Source: Octopus vulgaris (lineage: Eukaryota). Taken from it: DNA of 64,000 nt. How positions within the stretch are numbered: position 1 is the stretch's first letter; each line of letters begins with the position of its first letter. The notes under the pieces were generated by a model. It did no database searches. It worked only from the letters and a program-made list of their open reading frames with translations, and was not told the DNA's origin. The stretch is from contig OX597815.1 in assembly GCA_951406725.2 (NCBI GenBank), positions 83,762,001 through 83,826,000 of the forward strand, read 5' to 3'. A program made the position numbers and the translations under genes. Positions 13,090 through 28,266 of the stretch are shown in pieces.

Positions 13090-14150
13090 GACATACTGGG
13101 AATTGATTTTAAAGTAAAACTTCTTAAGTTTTCTAACCGCTTTCAGGATATATTTACTCGATATATAAGACTCTTTAAATATTAAACGAAAGCGCTTGCT
13201 TTCCTAGGATAAAACTAAAACCCTATATAGAATATATACCGTGCCTTAGAGGATAGTATCACATAAAACTATTGCGGTTTTCTCTCATGCGATAACATGA
13301 ACAACAAAGCCAAACAGTTAACCAGCGCGTTAAATATATCAGCTAAAAGGGATGTCTTTATTATCATTAGAGATCACAAACTGAAATTTGCCACCAGCTC
13401 AAGTGCCACCTAATCGACCGAGCTAAATCGGAAAATGGACTGGCGGATAAGCAGATATTAAGGAAGATAAACGACTACATAAGGAAAGCATCCCGCCTCT
13501 CTTGTGTTACACAACGCCAATGAAGTAATATCATGGTTCAAAGCAAGCCAAGATAGGAGGAGAACAAGGTTCAACCAATTCGATGTAGTAGAATTTTATC
13601 CATGCATATCGCAATGGTTGTCGGAAAGGGATTTTACTGATGTTAGAGATAGGGATATAGAGGTAATAATGGTTTCAAATTTTGGCACATGGCTCGAAAT
13701 TTCGGGGGAGGAAATTAGTTGATAACATCAATCCACGTGTTTCTCTGGTACTATTTTATAAACCCCGAAAGGATGAAAAGCAAAGTCGAATTTGAACTCA
13801 GAACATAAAGACGGTCGAAATGCTGCTAGGCATTTTGTCCGACCTGCTAACGATTCTGCCATCCCACGCCAGACAACCCTACTGTTTGAAAGAATTTAGG
13901 CCAGGGTCAAACGGACAGATCCAGAAGATTCTTTTGAAGTGGTAATAGGAGCATTACAGGATCAGATGTCGTTTAGCATATTTTTACTCGACACCTTAAA
14001 TAAGAGATTCCTTTTACCCGAGTTTGGCCTATATAGGAACAACGATCTCTATAAACAGGTTTAGAAAACATTTGACTCATACTCTTAACTTACTAAGATT
14101 TAAACTTACGATAGAGATTAAGGGCCTCTTCAATAATATGGAGAGCAATA
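13090..14150 (+). mobile_element. Decayed Penelope-like RT fragment, interrupted by a SINE
   Basis: Remnants DHK, CHLIDRAKSENG, ILRKIN, VISWFK, FNQFDVVEFYPCI, EVIM|HARQPLLF (split by the SINE) and GLYRNNDL (GLYRDDGL-type catalytic motif). Confidence 0.75.
13672..13864 (-). mobile_element. SINE family A inserted in the PLE RT
   Basis: Reverse-strand match: ccccgaaaggatgaaaagcaaagtcg...gctaacgattctgcc. Confidence 0.85.
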
Positions 14151-14505
14151 CCGGCGTGCGGACGCATTCCGAACGCCTGATGTATCGCTTCCTACTGGCC
14201 ACGGTTTCGTAGTCGCCGTTTTGATTGTCCATGTCATGTCTTACAGCCTTGAGAGTGTACACAAAGCATTGAACGGCAGTTATGATGTCAGCCTTTTGAT
14301 ATCCAACGCGTATCATCATGATACAGATAATTGTTTTCTACATTCAAATGCGGTCCGATCCTCCATGTTAGCTAAAAAAAATTTTCTCAACTGCATATTT
14401 AACCTGAAACTCTCTCCAATGCTGTTAAATGTCCCGCAAAGTCGTTCATGAGAAAAAAAAGTGACTTTAAAATATCGTCAAATTTAGCCCCGCCATCATG
14501 CGTAT
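14150..14505 (-). mobile_element. 5' fragment of a Tc1/mariner-superfamily (maT/DD37D-like) transposon
   Basis: ORF MMIRVGYQKADIITAVQCFVYTLKAVR...GDYETVASRKRYIRRSECVRTP resembles the N-terminal HTH of this group; TIR-like end near 14505. No catalytic domain is present. Confidence 0.5.
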
Positions 14506-14558
14506 ACACCTCCTTATGTACACAGCGATTATGTAATTCTGCATGTATATCTTTAGGT

Positions 14559-14605
<47 letters not shown>

Positions 14606-15179
14606 CCTACGTTTGTGTGCATGTATGTGTGTGAGTGTATCTGTCTGTCTATCTGTCTAACTAAACTCGTATACACATACTATTGAAACGTTTGTGTATA
14701 TAGTGTTCACTTCTTGTTTTTTCTTTTTCTATTTCGAGATTAACTCTAGCCTCGATGTTACTTGTTTGATACTTCTGATCACTGACGTTTGTGCTTCTTT
14801 ATCAAGAATTTTTTGTAAAACACAAGTGGACAGAATTCTCTTAAAAAGCTTTTTCAAATATTAGCTGATTATAAAATATATAAAAATACACATCACTAAA
14901 CATCTAAATCAAACTTAAATATTTCAATCGAATTACGGTTATTTCAAAAACTAATTAAAATGATATTATCTCAAATGAACTATACGCTAACAAGCAAAAA
15001 TCTAATAACATATTTATTAACAGTGTATACTTTTTGTATTATAAATTTTTGTTTTCTTTTGTTTTCCTTTTAAATTTCACCTCATAAAACGAGGCAAAAT
15101 AAATGTGTATGAGTTTCGTGTATCGCTTACATTTTTGCTCGAAACTTCAACATTAACGTAAGTTATTAAAATAAGTATA

Positions 15180-16491
<1,312 letters not shown>

Positions 16492-16844
16492 GGTGTCGTC
16501 GCGGTCGTTATAAAATATTATTACTATATCTGATATAAGGTCAGTTTAATAATATTCACTAATAATTAAATATTTCAGTTTCATCAATCTATATTCTGTA
16601 TCTAAACGCTTCTGAAATCGTCTTTGAAGTCTACCACTTACTAGTGGCTAAAATATATACTAGTAATAAATCACTGTAAATTCAAGAGACTGGCTGAATT
16701 TACCATTTAGTTAGTGATATCCATCTATTAAGACATATGTAGCTTGTGTGCATAAGAGTTTTGTTGTTGTGGATCTTGTTAACTTAGTGGCTAATGATTC
16801 TCGAACAAGCCTATATCCACTAGCAATCCCTACTAGGATATATA

Positions 16845-17063
16845 TATTTCTTTACTACCCACGGAGGGAACAGACAAGGACAGACAAACGGATGAAGTCG
16901 ATTACATCAACCCCAGAGCGCAACTGGTACTTTATTTGTAGACCCCGAAAGGATGAAAGGCAAAGTCGACCTCGGCGGAATTTGAACCCAGAACGTAACG
17001 GCAGACGAAATACGGCTACGAATTTCGCCCGGCGTGCTAACGTTTCTGCCAAGTTCGCCGCCT
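16845..17063 (-). mobile_element. SINE family A (young long-tail subfamily)
   Basis: Reverse-complement match to the copies at 31425, 38601 and 39685. Confidence 0.9.
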
Positions 17064-17807
17064 TCTAGGGTGTATTTTTAAGCATTACATACATACGTAG
17101 TACCACATGATTAAACGAATTATTCTTTTTTCTAAGGCGTTCAGTTGTGTCCAGTGTTAATATTGCAGCCTTCGATAGCTCGTATAGTTTCATAGAACAA
17201 AATATATGAGTAGCAATACCCTGGAAATAACAATGGTTTTCTGTTACATAATTAAATAATATTGTGATGCTGTACATTAATATGGCGGTTTACTTAAGAT
17301 GTCAAAGATAGTGAATTGTAATTATTTGTCATGCTTTTATTGGCTGAAACACTGATTTATTCATAGTTCTATACAAAAGAAACTTGACATTTCTTCTTTT
17401 CCAATATTTCACTTCGGTTGTTACGGCGGCAGTTGCTGCTGTTCTGTTTACAATAATTTGAAGAGCTTTTAAAAAGTAAAATTCTTGAGATCACTTTACC
17501 TGTTGAAGCAACCGTTAAAGAGCACGTTAAACATTCTGATACCTCTCTATATGAGTGATTTGTATACATTTACGACTATCATATTCAAATTCCGTTAATT
17601 TTCATATACTCGATATTGATAGGGCATCAGTAAAATTGAGATTGTTTCGGCTAATTTCATGAACAATACCGGAAACAAGAGGAGATATATTCAAAATAGA
17701 TGATTCATAGGTCCATTATATTGGTGGCTTTATGATACGTGTTTTCAAATCGAGTTTTTCGATACGAAAAAGGTTTAATGTTACCGTACAGAGTACCCAT
17801 GCATTTC

Positions 17808-17925
17808 ACGTGACTGTGTGACAAGTAACTAGCTTCCCAACCACATGGGTTAGGGTTCAATCTCACAGCGTGGTACCTTTCAGCAAACGTCTTCTGCTAT
17901 AACCTTGGGCTAGTAAACGGAAACT
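17808..17925 (+). mobile_element. SINE family C fragment
   Basis: gtgactgtgtgacaagtaactagcttcccaaccacatgggttagggttcaat...aaacggaaactgaa; matches 47966-48120. Confidence 0.7.
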
Positions 17926-18539
17926 GAACTACTTGGTAAGATTATTAATTATAAATTTATTAATTAATTTTACCCTTTATTATTATTGATAATATAATTC
18001 GCTCCCTGATAGTAAACTGCAGTTTCTGCGGGATTACTCGTAACGCACGCGGGTGATTGGGAGAGGGTGCGAGCCCTAATTCGTCTGTATGAATTCGGAA
18101 GTACCGGTTTTTGGGATATTAATTTTATTCGATGGCGCTTGGCCGAATAGATATCTTGATTACTAGTGCTCTCACATTTATTATTGAAATACTATATTGA
18201 TGGCGGAAATAAGGTATGAGAAATTTTACGTATCTTTAATCTAGAAACGCATATATAGTTTATCAAAGCCGGGTGGATTCGTTATTTTTCCTCTTTGCCT
18301 GTGTGAGTTGAGAGTATTGCTGTCTGGGAGATATCTTATGATAGTACAATAGTATTTAACTGCTATTTCTAAATTTCGGTATGTGGTGAAACAATTTTGC
18401 TAAACCTGAATTATAATTATGTTTATAATTATAATAATTTTTGTATAAATTTACCGATAATGGTTCTTTTAACATACGGAACTACTTGGTAAGATTATCA
18501 ATTATAAATTGATTTATTAATTTTACCCTTTATTAGTAT

Positions 18540-18544
<5 letters not shown>
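17926..18544 (+). mobile_element. ~620-bp element with ~66-bp direct terminal repeats (17926-17991 and 18479-18544), ending in (TA)n
   Basis: gaactacttggtaagattat.aattataaatt...aattttaccctttatta.tattgata occurs twice, 553 bp apart. Confidence 0.65.
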
Positions 18545-18590
<46 letters not shown>

Positions 18591-18619
18591 GAGACAGAGT
18601 TTAAAAATATATATATATG

Positions 18620-18835
18620 TATTGTTGTATTTCAGTTTGGTCACTGTCTTTTTTGTTAAATAAACACACGCACTATATTCATTCGTCCATTGCTGTTCTT
18701 ATTCTAACTCATGTCCATTGTCCGATCAACGATCATGAGTTAGAATGCGAACAATAATAAACGAGTGAAGAACGAATATATAGTCCGTGTTTTTATTTGG
18801 CAAAAACAATATGACCATCGCGAAATACAGCAATA
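18620..18835. repeat. Imperfect foldback/MITE-like inverted repeat
   Basis: Arms 18620-18713 (tattgttgtatttc...attctaactcatg) and 18734-18835 (catgagttagaat...gaaatacagcaata). Confidence 0.7.
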
Positions 18836-19355
18836 TGTTTCAACATACGACTTCACATCAGGAATATTGAAACACAAATACATGAACGTATGTGTGTGCG
18901 TGTGTGCGTATGTGCATGTGTGTGTGTGTGCGCGTGTATGTATGTGTGCATGTGTGCGTGTGTGTGCGTGTGTGTGTGTAATCGTAAGATCCAAGGGTCA
19001 AGGAGTAAACTTCTTTTGATTAAGGTACTTTTGACCCAACGTGTAGCTAACAAATTATCCCATGTTTGGATAATTACTAATTTCGAGGTTCTACTAGCTA
19101 TGAAATATACGTGTGTGTGTTATAGATATATATGTGTATGTGTGTCTTTTTATCTGCGTTTGTCCACCTCCACCGCTTGACAACCGATGCTGGTGTGTTT
19201 ACATCTCCATAATTTAACGGTTGGACATAAGAAACCGATATAATAAGTACTAGACTTGATAAAATAAGTCTTGAGGTCGTTTCTACGGCGAAAACCTGTC
19301 ACGGTGAAGCCCTACTAAGTCTATAGTCAAATAACTGAAAGAAATAAAGGATTGT

Positions 19356-19418
<63 letters not shown>

Positions 19419-19431
19419 TGTGTGTGTGTTT

Positions 19432-19745
19432 GAAGGCACATGGCTCCGTGGTTAGAGCGTCGAGCTTACGATCGTGAGTTTGTGAGTTCGATTCCCGGAT
19501 CGGGCTGCGCGTTGTGCGCTTTAGCAAAACACTTTATTTCCCGTTGCTCCAGTTCACTCGGCAGTAGAAAAGAGTTGCTATGTCATTGGTGCCAAGCTGT
19601 ATCGGCCTTTGCTTTTCCTTTGGAAAAGCAGTGACATGGAGAGAGAGGGCTGGTATGCATGGGCGACTGCTAGCCTTCCATAAACAACCTTGCCCGGACT
19701 TCTGCCTTGGAGGGTAACATTCTAGGTGCAATCCCATACTCATTC
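19432..19745 (+). mobile_element. CORE-type SINE family B, full length
   Basis: tRNA head ggcacatggctccgtggttagagcgtcgagcttacg...gagttcgattccc; body matches 8010-8320. Confidence 0.88.
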
Positions 19746-19929
19746 ATAGGGTCACCCCCTATATATATATTTATATATATACCTCTGGTTATCATGGTGG
19801 CTTAATTTGATTTTAATCACCCTATTTTAAATTGTATGGATAATACCATACTAAATTCTGGTGCCTCATCTTAAGTACCATATTCATCTGAGATAAAAAA
19901 TATTTGGGTTTTTAAGGCTGGAGAGTGCG

Positions 19930-20760
19930 AAAATGTGTGTATGTGTGTATTTGCGTGTGGTAGTAGCTGTGTGTGTGAGTGTGTGGTAGTATTTGTGTGT
20001 GTGAGTGTGTGTGATAGTATATGTGTGTGTGAGTGTGTGTGATAGTATCTGTGTGCGTGTAAGGAAATGGTGCCGATAGGTTAGCGCAGTAAGATTTGGT
20101 GAGTGCGTTGGTGTTACTGTGTGTGTAAGGGTGTTTTTCTGTGTGCTTGTGTGTGTGTTAAGGTTTGTGTGTGTGCATGTGTGTGTGCTTTTATGTGTAT
20201 GTGTGAATGTGTGAGTGGTGAGATAATAAGTGTGTGAATGTTTGGTGTCGCTGTCCCTGTACGTATACGTGTGTTTGCGCGTGTGTGTGTATTGGTGTGA
20301 GAGGTGACGTAACAAATGCGTGAGTAGGTTGGTGTTGCTGTATGTGTACGTATGTGTATGAGAGCGTGTGTAAGAGTGTATATGTTTGCGTGGGTGGTGG
20401 TGGTGGGGTGAGAGGCGAGGGGACAAGTGTGTGAGTACTTTGATGCTGCTGCGTGTATATGTATGTGTTTGTGTGTGTATGTATAAGTGTTGGTGAGTGC
20501 ATGTTTACGGGTGTATGTATATATGCGTGCGATGTATGTTTACGTATGTGCGTGCATTTATGTCTGCGCATAAGTGCGTATGTAGTGGTGTGTATCTGTG
20601 TATGTGTGTGAAGGATATTTTTTACATGCCAGGATATGGAAACGTATGTGTGTGTGCACGTGTATGTGTGAGTGTGTACGTGTGTCTATGTGTGTGCGGT
20701 AGATATGTATGTTATATGTGGAGAGTGCAAGCTATGCATATGTGTGTGAGTGGAAGTGTG
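19930..20760. repeat. Degenerate (GT)-rich low-complexity tract, possibly the 3' UTR of a minus-strand PLE
   Basis: Scrambled TG repeats. The adjacent 20885-20920 read in reverse gives LQTHIPFGLN, similar to the PLE GIY-YIG terminal L.T..P.GLN motif. Confidence 0.5.
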
Positions 20761-21385
20761 CGTTGATGAATTAAAAATAAAAAAATAATTTAAATTAAAT
20801 CAAAAATTAAAATTTAATTCATAAAACATTTAAAATATTTAACAAATTAAAAAAACATGTGGAAGTTGTTACTAGACGGTGGGGGTTGTTGAGTCCAAAT
20901 GGTATATGGGTTTGAAGAGAGAATTTGTAGAGAATTTGTTGAAGGTTAAAACTGGTGGTGATGGTGGTGGAACTTTAGATGTCGAAGTGAACTCTCAGAA
21001 CTGTAGTGTACGAAGACAAAAACTGAAAATCCTGCTTATAAAATATATTTCATACTTTTTAAATGTTCTGCATTATGTTTACAACAGCAAAATAAAAGAC
21101 GTTATAGAGTCAGAGAGAGAGAGAGCTACAAAAACAGCAACAAAAAATAAAGAGGGATGAACAGGTTCAATGAATATACAGATAAATGATATAATGAGAT
21201 AGAGCTACAGCAAGAAAACACACACACACATACATACATACACAAATACACGGATACACACGAACATACACACATATACCTACAGAGGGATATATATGTA
21301 CACACATATACATACATATATACATATACGTATATGTGTGTGTGTGTACATATATATATGTATATATATATATATAATACACACA

Positions 21386-21446
<61 letters not shown>

Positions 21447-21749
21447 TCACATATTCATGGATGTACGCCCAGTTGTATAAAGACAGTGATAAGGTGAAAA
21501 CAAATGATAGATAAATGGACACAAAGTAAGAAAGAGAGGCAAGCAAACACAGAAACAAACAGACAGATACATACATACATATATACATACATACATACAT
21601 ACATACATACATACATACATACATACCTAAGTATATACATACATACGTATGTACGTACGTGCATACAGTTATACATACATAGACACTGAGTTATATGTGT
21701 GTGTATGTATTCATATACACACGTATGTGTATGTACATATATATATATG

Positions 21750-21797
<48 letters not shown>

Positions 21798-22926
21798 CAC
21801 ACACATATGTATGTGTGAGAATTAGAGGTTGAGAGAAAGATTAACAGAGAGAGAGAGAGAGAGAGAGAGAATAATAGGGAAAGCGAAGGAGCGTGAGTGA
21901 TCTAAATAAAATAGAATCTGAATGAAATTTCAATTTATTGAGCAAACTTCAATATTTGAATTAATATCCAAACAGAGAAGCACAAAATACATAAACAAAA
22001 TTATCAAGTCGTTTTGTTTTAAATTTACGACATTTTCCATTTGTTTCTTATCAATTCTCATCTAATCTATTGTTTCATTTTGATCACTGAGCATCTAGCT
22101 ATTCATAGATTAAATCCTGTAATCAACAGAATACTGAAATTCTTGTTATTGTTGTTATTATAGTGTGTTTTTTATTATTGCCATTGTTGTTAATATTATT
22201 ATTAGTATTATTATTATTATTTCGAAATGCCGTTGGAGCGAAGTAGTCAACACATTCGCTTCCAATAATCATTGTATGTAGGCTAAGGAATGACAATATT
22301 ACCATCCCCTTCATTACTACCCCCTCTACTTTCACCAATAACATCACCGCATCTACTAAGAACAACAATAAAACCAGGAAACGCAATAACAATAATTATA
22401 ATTATGATTATAATCATTATTATGCCACTATCATTATTATATTATTTTAATATCTTGATGAAGTGTTGCTATGGCAGTAGTGAAAATACATGATGATATT
22501 TCTGATAAGTCATGCGATTTGATAACAATTCCTTCCAAATATGTAAATCAATTATATAGATCCTACTAAATAATGATGTGAATTTTACAACTACGATAAG
22601 CTATCATCATCTAATGCTACACAAATAATAAACATGTAGATATAAAGTGATATATTTCAGGATGCATCGCTTGAGGAAGGCGAGAAAGATGAGCACAAAG
22701 AGGAGGTTCATCAGTTTTGTAAGAACAATAGAAACTCTAAGTCATGTATTGAGTACTTCTGTTTGTGAACAAGACCAAAAAAAAAAGCACTTGCCAACCC
22801 ACACACATGAATGGGCTGGATATACATGCATATAAGGTAGATAGATAGATACATACATACATACATGCATACACAGATAGACGGCCAGACAGACCGACAG
22901 ACGGACGGACAGGCAGAGAGATGGAC

Positions 22927-23013
<87 letters not shown>

Positions 23014-23333
23014 GATATATATGTATGTATGTATGCTTGCATGCCAGTATGTATGGTTGCATATATAATTTATATACATAAAGAGACATATGTGTACTCG
23101 TAAACACTCACACAAAAATCCATACACATGTATACATATGTAAATGTATGTGTAGAGACACTCACTGACACACCCACATATATATATACGCATACGTCTA
23201 TACACAGATAAACACCCACACGCTGTTATGCCACATACTACACATGTAAATATATGCATACGTATATTCATCCATGGATACATATAAGCATATAGAATTC
23301 AAATACTGTTTGATATCCCCCAGACAGCATCTA

Positions 23334-24616
23334 TTAAGTTGTCAAGAAAGTTCTTGCGGTTTTAACCTTTATATTCAGATGCACATATCTCGGCTTAAGC
23401 AAAACTTTATTAATCGAAATAAACACCATCAGAATCAACGTTTTTGCCTACGCGAAACAAGTCTATTTATGCCAGTAGCGTAAAAATCCTGCGTCCTGGT
23501 GGCGATGAAGTCGTTGAAGGCGTGTTTGGCATCGTCTTGGTTTTTGAAGCATTTCTAACGCAGGAAGTTGTCGAAATGCTTCAAAAAGTGGTAGTCAGTA
23601 GGCGAGAGGTCTGGTGAGTATGGCGAATGAGGCAGAGGTTCGTAACACAATTTGTTCAACTTCTACAGGGTCAGTTGTGCGACGTGCGGCCGAGCGTTGT
23701 CGTTGAGAAGAATTGCTCCTTTTGTTATTGACCATAGCTGGCTGTTATAGTCGGAGTTTCTTATGCATTTCATCCATTTGCTGACAATGACCGTAATGGT
23801 TTCGCCTGGATCCAAAAAAAACTGTGATGGATGAGACAGTCCGCAGACCACCAAGCAGTCACCATGATCTTCTTTTGGTGCAACTTTGACTTCGGGAATT
23901 GCTGTGGAGCTTCGTCGACGTCCAACGACTGAGCTGAGTGTCGCCGGTTGTCGTAAAGAATTCACTTTTCATCGCAAGTCACAATCCGACCGAGAAACGG
24001 ATCGTTCTTGTTGCGTAACAGAAGGGAAGATGACACTTCAAATGGGTGATTTCTTTAGTTGTCGTTCAATTCGTGCGACACTCATTTCTCAAGTATTTTT
24101 GTTTTCCCAAACTCTTTCGAGTGGTTGGAAATTGTCGTACACGTTATGTCTAATTCAGAAGCAAGCTCTCGAACAGTTGTGCGTAGATTGGCTTTCACTA
24201 AGGTTCTAAGTTGATCGTTGTCAACATCCGATGGTTGACTACTACGCTTATCATCTTCAAGACTCTCGTCACCGCTACGAAAGTCCTTGAACCACGATTG
24301 TGCTGTATGTTTATTAGAGGTTCCTGGGCCAAACATATCGTTGATTTCGCGAGCTGTTTCAGCAGCTTTTCAGCAGCTTTTCAGCCTAGCTTAAACTGGA
24401 ATAAGAAAATTGTGCGAATTTGCGTTTTGTCCATGTTGTATTAAACGTCGGGAAAAAGTGGCCTAATTATTAAAAAAAAATTAACACGATTAGATAGAGC
24501 GAAAAACGGACTTTCAAATAATATATAAAGTCAAAGTAATTAAATGAAAATTAATTTGAAAATACATCATTTAAAACAAAAATTTAAAATTCCACAAGAA
24601 CTTTCTTGACAAGTAA
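23334..24616 (-). mobile_element. Full-length decayed mariner (DD34D, cecropia/Hsmar1-like)
   Basis: TIRs ttaagttgtcaagaaagttcttgcgg and ccacaagaactttcttgacaagtaa; ~1.28 kb; TA at the left end. Confidence 0.93.
23410..24434 (-). pseudogene. Mariner transposase pseudogene
   Basis: MDKTQIRTIFLFQFKLG*KAAETAREINDMFGPGT, WFKDFRSGDESLEDD, DVDNDQLR, LLNDNARPHVA, PYSPDLSPTDYHF and FYATGINRLV. Confidence 0.92.
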
Positions 24617-25153
24617 GCAGTAGCAAAAATAAATACATCAACCAAATGCGCAAATTGAAGTGAATATCATCGTGTGGCTCGTTCGTGAAATCCTCAAGTA
24701 ATACTTTCCATATCCCTTCTGATACGAAATCAGCGGAGCAAGTCTCTCACTGAGGATCCAACTAAAACAATTTATATGTATATAATGAAATGTTAGCGCC
24801 AAGCAGTCTTCAGGCATAAGCAAAATTTAGGTTGGTTAAAATTTGCTTGTGACACATTTCAACTGCTAAAAGTCAAATTCACTGCAGATACTATGTTGAA
24901 AACATCTCTCTGAAAGCAAAGAAAAAAAAAGGGGTGAAAACACTCCGTTTGTTCAGTGTCGCAATCTATCAGGAATCCCAGACATCGAGTTTTTTCAAGT
25001 TTTTTTTTTATTCTTTCTATAGGGTATACATAGGAGATGCAACTTTGAACAAACTTATAAAGCAATAGCTTTATGAAGAAGTCAGTCAACAACGTTGACT
25101 GATTTGCGCTGGTTGATCAAGGAAAATAACGAAATCTCATGTGCTAACATTTC

Positions 25154-25209
<56 letters not shown>

Positions 25210-25479
25210 AAATACAAAATGGGACAAGAACGCAAAACATCCGGACAACTAGGGGATACAAAAAGGGACAAAACATCCAAGAACCGGATCATCCTCGCAA
25301 TTTCGGCTGCTTAATGTTGAGATTGTATATATATATATATATATATATATAATCAAAATAAGCAACAAGAATAACTTCGGTAATTTGGTACGATCGTTTC
25401 ACGTTACATCATTTTATTAAATGTTGTAAGTATTATATATATATATATATATATACAGGAATTATTGTACCTTATACAA

Positions 25480-25775
25480 CCAGCAAGCAAAACAGAACAT
25501 GCATAGTCATTTGAGTCAGAAAAGATGAGACATACACAGTCATAGAATTGACAACTCGCACAATGTCACTGAGAAAGATTATATTTATGGGAACCTGCTT
25601 CGAAACTTGCAGCTCCTCTACACAGATTATACACTTATATTTATACGAGCAACCAGATTTGCATTTTAAGTATGTTAGTGATTCTCTAAGCACTATCCAG
25701 ACAAAGCTAGTGCGAACTTTCAGGCAGAATCTGTAAGTGGAACATAAAAAATATGGACACTTTCTTTAAGTTCGA
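25480..25775 (+). mobile_element. Old REL-type LINE 3' fragment
   Basis: EKDYIYGNLLRNLQLLYTDY and QAESVSGT; same type as 3942-4230. Confidence 0.6.
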
Positions 25776-25919
25776 TATGTAACATTTATCCTTGCTTTTT
25801 TCCTAAGTCCAGTAAAAGACCTTTTCATTCTTTGTTAGGAACCATCACAGCGCCTAGGAGCGGTAAATAATAATCATAAATTAAGGTCATACATGCACAC
25901 ACGGGCACATATACACACA

Positions 25920-25965
<46 letters not shown>

Positions 25966-26007
25966 TATATATGTATGAATATGCGTGTGCATATATATAT
26001 ATATATA

Positions 26008-26057
<50 letters not shown>

Positions 26058-26394
26058 TATAACACCTATATATGCATGTATGTTTACAAGCACATATGTT
26101 GTTTGTATATGGATGTGTGCATGTGTGTGGGGGATAGTCGAGGCAAATAAATTAGTGTTTATGGCGTTGAATTCATGATCTTAAAATCATGGTTTCGATT
26201 CCTCGACCGGGCGATTCGTTGTGTTGTAGCGCAAAACATTTATTCTACGTAGGTCCAGTCCACTCAACTGGCAAAATAAGTAATCCTGCCTCAATAAGTA
26301 ATCCTATCAAGCGATCTTGGGGGGGACAAACACAAACATACAAACATATACACACACGTACATATACATATACATATACATATATATATATATA

Positions 26395-26556
26395 CGACGG
26401 ACTTCTTTCAGTTTCCGTCTACCAAATCCACTCGCAAGGTTTCGGTCGGCCCGAGGCTATAGTAGAAGACACTTGCCCAAGGTGCCACGCAGTGGAACTG
26501 AACCCGGAACCATGTAGTTGGTATGCAAGCTACTTATCACACTGCCACTCCTACGC
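26395..26556 (-). mobile_element. SINE family C (tRNA head + CORE-like ccttgggcaagtgtctt)
   Basis: Reverse complement reads ggcgtaggagtggcagtgtg...ccgggttcagttccactgcgtggcaccttgggcaagtgtcttctactatagcc. Confidence 0.85.
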
Positions 26557-27359
26557 CGTGTTACTTTTATTTTTCGGTTTTGATTTTCGCATGAGAGCCT
26601 TTAAGTTGTTTTAAAAATTAAGACAGCCGAATGCAACAATCTCCCTCGAATCTGATATTTTCTGGATGAAGTGGTTTCAATTTAACATAATACCGACGGC
26701 TTTGCATGAAAATAGAAGCATGAAATTGGTGTTTTTTGGTCGTTATTATTTGATAATTAACACAAGGTTTAAACATTTTCATTACTAAACTCTCTCATAC
26801 AACGCTAGCCACTAACATGGTTCTCTTTCTACAAAAAATCTGTTCGAATTTTTTTATTATTCTTTTAACGGTTTCTGGGACAGGCTAGGGCCATGCTGCA
26901 ACCCTTTCAATGTTTTGGGGTCTCCTTTCTGTACTGTTTTAGGTGAAGAAGCGAGTTGGATGAACCTGTAATTCTTTGTGCATTCTGAGGTGAGGTGAAC
27001 TTGTCTGAGATTTCAGATAGAATGCTAATTTTGAAAACTTAACTCAAGAATTAACCGTAAAATTTGAAAGATCTATAATAAATATAAAAATTTTAACATT
27101 ATATAGATTCATGGCCCAGAGTGTAATCACCGGCCACCGAATTATCGAACGCAAAATACGTTAAAACTTTGAACTCTATAAGCTTTTTGAATCTCTGGTT
27201 ACACTAGCTTAAAAGTTTCTGGTCAAATCCTTTGTCTGTTCTAAATGCTATTTTATTCATAATTTTGGATTGAATTTACACTAAAACCGTGACTAATATG
27301 GACTATGATCATCTGTTCTGATTTAAGAACTCTTGTCAGAGAACTACATCCATGCATGT

Positions 27360-27950
<591 letters not shown>

Positions 27951-27951
27951 A

Positions 27952-28161
27952 GTAACGAAAAATTTTTTTTTAAATGCAGAATGCTCAAATGAAAGAAAAT
28001 TTTAATAAAATGAGAAATTGATAAAATATATAAATGTATATTTATTCTTCGTGCTAAGGGCGAAAAGAATAAATATACATTTATATATTTTATCAATTTC
28101 TCATTTTATTAAAATTTTCTTTCATTTGAGCATTCTGCATTTTAAAAAAAATTTTCCTTAC
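27952..28161. repeat. Near-perfect hairpin, ~97-bp arms with a 15-nt loop
   Basis: Arms 27952-28049 and 28065-28161; loop cgtgctaagggcgaa. Confidence 0.92.
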
Positions 28162-28210
28162 TTATCATTTCTCCACGTGCGGTCAACACAACCCCACCAT
28201 TTATTGATCT

Positions 28211-28266
<56 letters not shown>

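Noticed and set aside
24850-24935. Strong minus-strand splice acceptor (ttttttttctttgctttcAG)
   Set aside because: All three frames stop within ~50 nt and no convincing donor was found; it could be a non-coding or terminal exon but is unsupported.
26560-27300. Possible non-autonomous DNA transposon fragment
   Set aside because: No terminal repeats, TSD or second copy could be identified in the window.
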